NCBI GenBank assembly: GCA_037379345.1 | Contig: CM074512.1 | Span: 32,178,001-32,242,000, forward strand | Length of the DNA stretch: 64,000 nucleotides | Reading direction: 5' to 3' | Source: Perna viridis | Lineage: Eukaryota | Shown here: positions 11,800-23,700 of the stretch, in pieces | Numbering within the stretch: position 1 is the stretch's first letter | How the letters are laid out: every line of letters begins with the position of its first letter | The notes under the pieces: model-generated | Told to the model about the DNA's origin: nothing | The model's input: the letters and a program-made list of their open reading frames with translations, nothing else | Databases searched by the model: none | Position numbers and translations under genes: made by a program

Positions 11800-14700
11800 G
11801 TAAGTGTTAAAGTGTTTTTTTATACTTAGAACTTTGCTGCTCCTTGAATACTACTTATTTGTGTGGTTCGGTACATACAACACATAAGCATATACTAATT
11901 ACTAGTAAATCATAGTAGAGTTTACTAAGATTAGTTAAGGAGCGTGTAATGTCTTTGTGTGTTCGTATTTTGGTATATCCTGTACAAATATGCATTATTT
12001 CTAATTCACAATATGTATTCGCTTTTTGTGATTTATCATTCACTCAGAGGTTTTCAAACCACAACGCATTCGCTTGATTATTTCAGAAACTTGTTACTAC
12101 ATGTATTTTTTTTTTCAAAATAGAATTATGTATTCGTTTTTCTCTGTTTACGCATGTTTTGATTGTTCATACCATCCATGTGTTTTGTCATGCATGCTTT
12201 TCATGTCAGAAAATTTCGATTTTTCTTTATTTCCACCCAATTTTCTACTTTCGTTGTTTTGTCAGTCTAGCATAATCACTTTATGTTTTTAACAAGCATG
12301 CTTCATACTAAAACAATTTCGTTTCATGCATTTTACATTAGCTTCCGAAAACTCGCATGACATTTTACCAGAAAGCGCAGAACGAGACTTTTCAGGAGAC
12401 GACACTCAGCGCGAGACTCTCGTACAGCAGGCGGGATTAAGTGACTGTCTTCGTAAGTATCAGCAATGCCGTGTGCAAGAGAGAAGGAATTAACTAAATA
12501 TAAGTTGCATGTGTGATTTGTTGACACAGAATAAATATTTCGGCAATTTCGGAGAATATACATTCTAGGCAAGCAAGTTGCAAAACTTTAAACTATATAG
12601 ATGTACTTTAGGTTTTAGACAACGTAGGCTCACTATATGCATAAATATTTCGAGATCAATCCATCAATTATGGCGCTCTGGGAAACTGCAATTGCATGCA
12701 CAAATAATCTTTATTTCTTGGTAAGCAACCGCTCTAGTTAACACATTACTATCCATATTTATTTTGAATAATATTTGTGTTCTATTCAGAAAGTCTTGAA
12801 AATAGTGGCGAATTACCGAAGTTAATATTTCCGGGTAGGTTCGACAAAAGCATAGTAAGATGCTTTCAAACACTTTGAAGACTGAAGTTGTTACAAAATT
12901 GACAAAAAGGTTGTGAGTTTTAAAGTTTTCAGTTGATATGCTCTTTGAAATAGTTCGGACTGGAAAACGGTTAAAGTCAAATTACCAGGATTGTAAGAAG
13001 TTTTAAACCGGGTCATGCTTCTATAAACAACTTGTCGTACGTTCTAAGAAGCATAAACTGTCTGAAACTTCGCATGTAGAGATTTATAACATTGTCTCAG
13101 CACCTGTTTTTTTTTATTATTATAAACAAATATATATACTTTGTTTTCGTCAAAAAGTGTTTGAAAGCAAAGCACTTAAGGGGGTAGACCTAGAATAAGG
13201 GACACAACCCTTAAAAATCATTAGAACGTTTGTACATTTATTCAGCATTTTACATCAATCTCATGTAGCACCAAAGGAACTTGGATTGATTTCATTCTGT
13301 TTACATGAAAGCTTGATAGGCTTTGGTGAAATGAATATGTTACAAACACGTCACTGATTTCTTGAGTTGTGTCCCCTACCCTAGGTCTACCTCCTTAATC
13401 ATAGTGATCGTAATATTAACATTTTGCCAGTAGTTTTTGTGTTAATCATTAATTTCATTCACTGTTTTTAGTTGCGTAGATTTGTTTTCTTGCAGTACAT
13501 CAAAAATTGAATTGTACAGTAACTCGCATCTCATTTTCTGGCTAGAAAAAAAAACAAATGTTTTTTGCTACTTAAATGAATGGAATTTGTTTTCACAAAC
13601 ATGTAGGTTAAGTTACATAATGTACACTGATGTTTTATCCTGATGCACAGGTACTTTTTTAATAGTTCTAGAATACAACGTAGTAGCTAAAATTCCATGT
13701 TATATGTTTTATGTACAGGCAAATAAATTGTATTATTTATTTTAGAATTATTTTTACCAAAATATAAACAATATTTTGTATAATAAGTTGCTATATGTAT
13801 TTACTTTTATGACTTCTTGTAATATTTAAATGCAAAAATCAAATTTAGCAATTAAGTAGAACATAACAATCTGACAACAAAAATTTTCTTGATTTCAAAT
13901 ACGTCAGTATTTTGTACCTTATTTAGAAGTCAATGAGCAATATTATTTCAAACTTAAGTACGAATTTGATAAATTATTTTTTTTCTGAACAAATCTTTTA
14001 TGTTAATCACAGAAATTGAAAATGAAACACTTGAAGCCCTTAGAAGAAGGAGACGTTGTCGAGACAAAAGATCAAATTCTTGCCCTATACCTCCAAGCTC
14101 GAGTAGAAATATCTTAACTATGCTTAAAACGTGGAAACAATACCTTAAATTCAAGACGGGTATGATGTTTGAAACCCGTGTTAAAAGAGTCTCCTAGAAG
14201 CTTGTAACAGTCTTGAGTGGATTAAATAAACAGGAGCTTCGTGTCATTTTCTTACCTTTCCTTTCCAAACAAAACCTCAGTTTCCTCCATTTCCTATACA
14301 GTACAGCAAGTTCGTTCTACTTTTGCTTTGCATGTTGAAATCTGTTTATATTTAAGTGAAAGTAGAATGGAATTGATATGTCATTAAAGCATCGATGATA
14401 ACCTTTTACAACTACTCAATATTTTTAACTATTTCCTGCCTCTTTGACCCGATTTCTTCTATTATATGCTTAAACGGAATTTAGACCATGATTTCACTCT
14501 AAGCATTATTTTATGAAATGTCGTTTAATACAGATTTGTACAAAAATGAACTTAATGATAACTTAAACATATGATATTATATAACCAAATTGTATATCCT
14601 ACAATTAATTTTGTATTGCGTGTTGAATTTCCTTACTCCTATTTTGCCTGTCTTTTAATTGCCTAACATATTGCATGCTTCTATGATCTATATATTTACC

Positions 14701-17700
14701 AACCCTACAGAACATTGTAAAAAAATTATAATCATCAAAACGTTCAAACTTTCTCTTATAATATTAAGTTAAACAATTCAAGAATAAACTGCGAAAAAAT
14801 ATATTGTAAAAATAAATCATACCTTAAAACAATCGTATGTAGTAGGATTTTCTGTTTATTGATTACTTTGTTGTACAGAACGAAGCCAGAATGCTAGACT
14901 TAAATCAGAGCCTTCTCCAGCTGTAGAAGAGAGATCCCCTTCTCCAGAACCAGAGACAGCATTTATGCCTGTTGTATCTCCACGTGCCAATGTACCAGCT
15001 TCTCGTATGTTTTATTATAATAACCAAATGTTGCTATGTATTGATGAGTTTCACCATGTCTAATTGATGGAATTGTAGTTAAGTCAACCACTAAAATTTT
15101 CTGTTCTTCTGTAAAAGGAGTATATTCATTTCTTCTTTTGTACTAACAACACAATAAGGATGCAAATAATTTGTTTTAGTGAAAAGTGGGGATCATTACA
15201 GAGGATTTCCTATGTGCAGGGTTCACATGTGAAAAATGTCCAATTCCTATTTGCATGAAAGTTTTTATTTGATCCCTATAAGCTGTGTTCACACGATTTT
15301 TTAATGAAAACGCCAGTGCGAATATGCATGATAAAATGTCATTGCGAATTCAATTTTGAGGGCAATATATTACAGATTTGACATTTTATGAATGTATGAA
15401 CGAGGCTATTTACCTCAAAACGATATATCTTACTTTTTATAGAGGACACATTTGAGGAAAGTGAAGGTATTTATTGCACGTAAATCCATATCTAGCACAC
15501 TGCATTGCTCTCTGTATTTATTATGTGTGTAATACCACAACACTCGAAGTCCATGCAAGGTCTCCTACCGTTTTGTTGGAACTCCTAGTGTTGATTCGTC
15601 AATTTCTAATGATATTTTGAATTAAAAGACAGTTTTCGTGTCTTTTTTTTTGTGTATATATAAAGTAGCCAGTTGTTTTGACCAAAAATTCAAACTTTTT
15701 AATCTAGAACACCTATCAGGAGAAATATTTGTTTTTAAGGCCGCTTTGAAAACGGTGTTCGTGGCAATTTGTTTTTAAATTTACAAAAATGCCTTCTGTA
15801 TAAAATTTCAAAGCCCCTGTTTTCATATTATTTTGCGGAAGTGTGAAATTATTACTTTCTTACCGTTAACCTTGTTATGATTTTGCTATTGTTATATATA
15901 TAGTATGTGTGCTTCCATATCCACCTTTCCTATAACTATCCTTAGATTCAGCTTAATCAGTCTGATATAATTGAAAAAAAAATAGTAAAAAAAACTCGTC
16001 ATCTTGATTATCATTTTATATATATTTCATATAGTTTTTAATTCACTTTAGAAATTCAAACACTGAAAAGCCGGTATTAACATTTTACTAATGAAAGATA
16101 CCGCTAGAATAAGAAAAATATTTTTGTTTTGATGTAAATATGCTTTATTAGTGTGTAGTGCTACTCCAAATTTTCATCTCTAACTTCCAACGTTTATTTG
16201 TAATTATATATTCGAAAACATTTTATTTGACATCAGAAAGACAAAATTTGTTTAGAACTATGACTATGTCAAACATGAAAAAGAATAAGGGGAAATGTTA
16301 ATTTTCCTTTTTTCTCTTTTTTTAATTGAAAAATGTAACTGTATAGTGATTTATTTCAGTACTTCGAAGGAATGGACAGGTTAACGGCGAGCCAAGAACT
16401 GGTCCTGCAATTTTTAATGATGTAACATGTAAGTCGAAAGGATAAAATGCACAATGATTATATTATTACCTGGTTAAATATATTACTAATTGTATATGAT
16501 ATTCTTAAATTCTTTTTAAATGTTGTTGCATTTGAAAACTAGTACTATGTATATGTGACATATTCTCAATATGTTATAATCGGAGTACTCACGGGGTAAA
16601 ATTATCAGGATGTATAACCATATAAATAAGCATGTTCTCGATATGATTTTGATTTACATTAAGCTGTTTTGTGTCTTACAATAGGTCCAGACTTTTCATT
16701 CGATGTCCTTACCGTTCACGACGAGAGGGAAGTTTCTATTGATGGCAAAATTCTAAGAAACAGAAAAACTGGAAATCCAAATAGCAGCTCAGTATCAAGC
16801 CCAAAACAGTTGAAACAGTACAAGGGTATCATAGGGAACTATTCCTTCCAACAAGAAGGTAAATTCTACTATGAAGTTGATGTTACGTTCAATATCATCC
16901 AGCCCCTCGAGCAGACCTGGTTAGTGTTTGAGCTCGGCCTTTGTAGAAAGGATGAGATAGACAAGCACCACACCGTGGAGCGACATGAATTTGCGAGGTC
17001 ATTTTACGTTGCCAGATACCCAGAAGATGGCAAGCTTGCTCAGGAGTTTTGGCATAATCGGGACCTTAAAGCCCTGGTTCCTTTATGCGACAACAGCCCT
17101 GGTCTAACTGTGGATGTGACGTATGGGGTCTACATCAATACAAGCACAAGAAAAGTAACCGTTGCCGACGTCAAACGAGAGAAAAAGCTTCATACATTTA
17201 CTGATGTTGACTTTTCTAAACCAATGTGGCCGGTATTTGGAACATATAACTCTGATCTGGTCAATGTCATTCTTAGGCTTAGAACTGGAGCTTCTCTTGC
17301 ACAGTTTCCACCATTCCTGAAAGGTATTATATTTTGCCAGTCTACCCCTTATAACTATTGTGAAGGAAAAAACACAAATAAAAGAACACTGATGATTTGC
17401 ATGGTGATCTATGAAAAAAACTGCTGTCTAAGTTTCACTTTCGAGAAACATTGGAATGAATTTTAAAAAGTGATTATCTGCGTTTTTTACTTCAGGTTCT
17501 TGAATTACCAAATATATTTACCATACTTCATTGAATTAATAGTTCGATATCGTTTCATTATCAAAACACGCTTACAATTGCAGAAAGATGTCACAAAAGT
17601 ACATTTGTATCAATTATCATTTAAGTACTAATACATATACAATTCAGACACTGCCAGTGGAAGAGCTAATTCAAGGTACAGAAAAAAACCACCGAACAAT

Positions 17701-20700
17701 GTTTTTTTTTCTTCTACATGATGATACGTATGGGCAGAAAAAGGATCAATAGTCGGTTTAATTGATGACCACACCAGTCTAAGATATAAAACTAGCTTCG
17801 ATGATTAAATACAGAATAAGGGTCATCAAATGGTCAACACATGGCACCCGAATGTTTACAAAATTGACGTAAAAACCTTATCAATACTTGAAAATTCGAC
17901 TCAGAGACATTTCGGACCATGACAACCCACTCTTCCTTACCAAAGCTGGACATTTCGGCCCATACATATTTCAGACCATGACAATAGGAGAATGCATGAG
18001 GACAATACAAAATCATATATCAAGTCAATTTTACCAATTTGGATGATACTAATTACAGGGCTGAGAAAAATTATAAAAGGACTTCGGTGCTTGAATTCAT
18101 GATTCCTCGAGATCGTTTATGAGTAATCAAGGGAACCAAGGTTATAGCGGTAACCAAAATAATGTAATCCAGAGACAAAGACCAGACATGGAAAACAGAC
18201 ATACACAACAAAGAACATAAAGGAACTAAAATCATACATACAAATTAACAAAAGCAAATGATTAACTCGGACTCCACTATAAACTGGGAGCATGGACCAG
18301 GTGCACCGGTAGGGTAAGCGTCCTCTGTTTTTTTTAGAAACACCCGCCGAGTTGCTCATAAAAAGTCAAGTCCGGGGTAGACAAACGAGGAAAGGAAAAC
18401 CGTGACCCGTTGAATAAATCAGTTTTCATGTCGCAGATGGATACACCATAACGATCCACGAGTTTTAAGGTTTTAAGGTTTCGCCTTCTTCATATTTGTC
18501 ATTTTATATGATTTTTTCTTATCTATAAGGACATGAAGCATTCACAACTCCAGGAAAACAGGACATGCTTGAACCTGACAAGAGACTACAAGCAGAGAAT
18601 GAAAGAGGCATGATTCAACGTCAGATAAGTATGCCAACACGAATGCCTGGTGGTCAACCAAATCTGCTTTCACTTTCTCCAAGACAAAACTTGTCTAGAA
18701 GTTCAGAAAATATCAACGAAACTCCATTCGACAGTGCAAAGAGTGGTCTAAGAAATACAACGGTTAAACCATCCAAGTCTAAGTTTGTTCATGTAACCAA
18801 TGGTAACTGCTCACCCCGAGATAGACCAAAAGCCAATTTTAACAGAGCGAGAAGTCGTAAGTATTTTTTAATGTTATCTACTAGAAACTTATTTTTTTTA
18901 CAAAAAAGAACGGTCGCTTCAAATTATTAGTGATATTCATTCCTTTTTCGTAGAGTCATTCAGTTCATATAGTACGCTTTTGCATTTTACTATAATTCAA
19001 AAGAATCCATCCTGCTCAATCAGTAAATACGCTTATATGTTTTCACTTCAAATACATTACAATTGTTTACTTGTATCGTTGACTTGTGAGATGGACAACT
19101 GCTTAACAACTTTAATATTTCTTAATAATGTAGTTTATTTTAGCATTAATTTTGATTTGGTGATGGTGTATAACTTCGCAACATTTTTTTTCTCATAAGT
19201 ATCCAGATAACAATAACATAATGCTCCAAAAAGGAGGTCATGCTGCAAATGGGCGTATACAAAAAAAAAGTGCATGTTTATTTCTGTTTTTTTTTTTTTT
19301 TTTGGTTTTTTTTTTGACAAAACAAAACGTTATCGTTCTTTGTCAAATTGAAAACGCACATTTGTATTAAGATATGCAGTTCTTTTATGACATAGATTAC
19401 GCAATTTCAAATTGTAAAAATGGTGCAATATTTATTTCCTCCCTCTAAAAGACAAAATTGTATGAACAATACACTAGCAATAATTATGCGTAAACACTCG
19501 AAATTGGAAATTTGTAGAAGTGATTATCATATAACTTTTGTTAGGTTAAAGCAAGAACAGTATTCAGAAAGGAATATATTTTAATAAATACACATGCAGC
19601 TTCTTTATAAAGTTTTGTATTATTCAAACGAAATCAAAATGTATTTACATTATTTTGAGGGGAAAAGACTCCACACCGTTTGTATATGTATTCGCCACGA
19701 AACTTCTGTCCTAAAGCATGACTTACCTTTCTATCTAACCATATACTAATACTTCATAACCAAGTACCATTTACCATAGCACCAGTTACCAAGACTCAAC
19801 CTGTACCTGGGAAACTCCGAGCCTCAGCGTCTACCTCGCAGTTAGATACCCTCTCCTCTCGACCAATGGGATTGGGAGATTTTATGAGTAAGTTGTACTA
19901 GTTGTGTGACTAATTGCATGCCAGCATGACACGTACGATCTGAAAGTTAACATTTTTCATGACAAATTTCATGATCAAAAATCGAGTTGAACTTTAATTT
20001 TTATTTGTCAGAGATATAAATGTTTATTTTTATTTGTTTTATAATCTCGGTATGGAAAGATCCCTAATTGTTAATAAAATCTTTTGGGTTGTATACATAA
20101 ATAAAGAGCCCTTTCAGTTTGATTGAATTCCGAAAGACTTTTTTAAGTGACTAGCATATTACGTCATTAGAATTCAAAACTAATTGAAGAATTTTATGAG
20201 CATGGAAAATAAGATACGCATGACATATCTTACTGAGTGTATCATTACTGATAAATCATGTATGTAGACGTTGAATAGTTCCCATGGAAATTACAAATGA
20301 TTGAAATTTTTCATACGTTGATTACACACGTGTGAATTTTATCTTTTGATTTTTTTTTAAATAATTCAGAAGAGCTAGAAAAGAAAGGACAACTACCAAA
20401 CGTTGTACAGCCTGGTATGGCAGATGTTTCCACAAAGCACTCTTTTATAATCACTCATGTAGCATTGCCATTATACAAATTATATAATCATGCATATATG
20501 TGTGTATCCTCAACCAGTGATCGACCATTTGAAATTTGATTTGGGTGAATAATCTTTCTGCTATCTTTTTCAAAGATGACTTTATTTTGTATATATTAGG
20601 TCGTTAGGAAGTCTGAATTTGAATTTACAAATGTAATTACAACACCACCTTCAAATTAGAATGGTCGTGTCACTCAGGAATCATGTACAGAATGTATAAA

Positions 20701-23700
20701 AATATATATCTTTTGAAATATGAGTCAAAAGTGTATAGTTAGCGTTCCTTATGACCCGCTACTGGTGTTCTTCATCATTTATGTTTCAACAAGATAATTT
20801 GAGGTTTAATTTGTATATTTTGTATATATATTTCACCGGCATGAATTCTAATGCAAGAATGGTAATGTTTTAGACTTCTTTTTTAGTATCTAACCAGATT
20901 TTAGTTAGACGTTAAACATTAGATTTTTCTGAAATTTTTAGCAGTAGATGTATATATATATTCGAGTAGGGTTTTACCCACGCTTAAAATTGCACATTAT
21001 ATTATTCACAGAGAGAAGTTTGAGTCAGACTGGAGAAAAATCCTTTCAACCAACGTCAGAACGTTCCTTTAAACCCATAACCTCTCCTCTCAACCAACGA
21101 AATTCTTGTAAGTACTTAAAAAAAAGAAGCAAATCATTTCAGTACATTTCGTCTTTAGATTTAAGAGTTATTTCTCTTTGCACTATACAATATTATTAAA
21201 GCCTTCTTTTTTCATGGCCATCACTTTACTTTTTTTAGACGACGCCGACGATGATGACGACGAAGGTAAATGTAGGCCAATATGTGGTCGTTGATGCATT
21301 CATTCATACACCATGTTTAATTAACATAAGCATGCAATAATTTATTTATGGTCTCAATTGTAACTTAATGTTTATCTCCTACCGTTTATCCTTAAATAGC
21401 TTTTCACTGTTATCTCATCTCTCTCTTTTGACATACACAATTACTGTACTTAATTCGTTTATCTTAACTTAGTCTTTTTACTCGATATCTGATCCAAGGA
21501 TTTCACATACATTGTTGTATGTATATGTTTAACTAACAATATTTAAGCATCACAATATTGAACATTGAATTTAATGTTATCATTTCTCAGAATATTTCCT
21601 AACCCGATTCAAGTCGTTCACTTATTTATATCCCTTAAATGTTGGAATGATCTTTCTTTCACTTGATTTAATCATTTTTCAAAATATTGCACCATCTTTT
21701 CAATTTCAATGCATTTTGCTTTTGCTGTAAAAGCATACCATTTTGTTAGATTCTAGGGATGACGCTTTGCTTGCGGCTAAACTAGATACATTGCCTGTAT
21801 ATAAATAGAAAGTTCTTACATACATCTCTTATTACATCAAATTATTGTATTTATTTTTTCACAAATATTAACATTATTTGCTTTTCAACGAACAAGGTAA
21901 GTTTTACACCCCCATTTTACATACACGATAAGATTATATAGCTATTCAACACATTTTACATAGAGAAAACTTAAGCGATTTGTTTAACCATGTTATGTCT
22001 TTTACAGCCATATTGTTCATATCCTATACTTATTTTCTATTGCCATTTTAGATATTTGTTGTGTGTTCGAAACTATTTTTTTTCTCTTTCCGAATCCGTG
22101 TGCAGTGTAACAGTTTTGTATGTTTTGTTTTATGTCCCGTCAGCAGGATAGGAGATTGTAGGCCTGGCTTTTAAAATGTCTGGTTTCGATATGTTTTTAA
22201 GCTTTTACTCCCATTGTAGAATGTTTCACGGCATATTTGTGCTTATCCGTTTAATATAAAATCAGAGAAATAACACACATTTACTCAGGCCTTAGATACA
22301 TGTATTCTTCTACAATAAATAATGGCGGTTATTTTACTAATCTGATCAGAAAGTGTCGCGTATTTAAGGCCTCATATTCTTCGTTTTAACACTTTTTTGG
22401 TATTTTATACGTATTTAGTTCCTTTTTACCTTCTTAATGTGACTTCGTTTTACTTATTTATTATTCATGATAAAGAAATGTTCCCTATAATTCAGTTGTA
22501 AAATTTCTGAAGGAATCCATCAAAAATTGAGATTGGCCTTATTTTGGACGATATACGAAGGTGCATTTTTGGAGTTTCACCATATCTGTTCACGTTTCTA
22601 TCTTTTTCAAAACGTCAATAAGATTTAGATTTTTGAAATCAGTTTACATGACGTCACAACACTTAACTAGGGGATATAAAATTATCCTAATTTGCCAAAG
22701 AGAACCCGCAATAAGAAGACTTGTACAAATCAAATTAAATCATGCAGAAAATGTCAAGTCGACGCTTTTGCAAAAGACATGCTTTCAAAACAAACACATC
22801 TCATATTATTTCCCCTTTTTATCTATTTGTTAGTATTTATGAAGAGTACAAGCTCTGAGGAGAGTAAACCAAGACCACCACCTCAAGGTGAAATACAATG
22901 TAAGTATTTAATATCTGTTATTTGTGTGTAGAAATGGGAGTGTTAATTTGAATAAAATGAACCACAACATACACTTTATGATTGTTAGTATATTTTTAAA
23001 TGAGATCGTTTACCTTTTCACTTTGGTACAAGTTTATAAAATAAAGATATTTTAACCAAAGATTTAAATGAGCACTTAAAATAAGCTGAGATTGTCACCA
23101 TGACCTGATCTTCGGTTGTGGAGTATCCGTTTACAATGTGACGAACGACAACCATCTTTATCGATGTCATTCCACTTTCACAGGACCGACCACCTTCTTT
23201 CTCGATGTCTTTCCTCTTTCACCGGTCCGATCACCAGCTTTATAGATGTATCATTTCTTTCATCAAACCAACAACTACCCTAATATATGTCTTTCCTTGT
23301 TCATCGAATCGAACGACCACTTCTTTTATTGATGTCTTTCCTCTTTCCCTGAACCGCCCACCACCTTAAGAGTTGTCATTTCTTTCACCGAACCGACCAC
23401 CACCTTTAAAGATATCTTTCCTCTTCCATTGAACCGACCACCACCTTTATAGATGTCATTCCTCTTTCACCGATCAGACCACTGCCATTTTACATGTCTT
23501 TCTTTTTTTCACCGAACTGACTGCTACCTTTACAGATGTCTTTCGTCTTTCACCGAACCGACCACTGCCATTTTAGATTTCTTTTCTCTTTCACTGCATC
23601 GACCACCACCTTGCACAGATGTCATTTCTTACACCGAACTTACCACCACATTTATTGATGTCTTTCCTCTTTCATTGAACCGACCATCACTTTTGTAGAT

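Noticed and set aside
17324-17466. C-terminal extension of the 265-aa ORF (IIFCQSTPY...)
   Set aside because: Homology to SPRY copy 2 ends at FLKG exactly at a GT donor; the extension is intron read-through
21750-21796. Extra TRIM exon (DSRDDALLAAKLDTLP)
   Set aside because: The acceptor is plausible, but the nearest GT donor is weak and phase 0, which would break the frame; there is no counterpart in module 1
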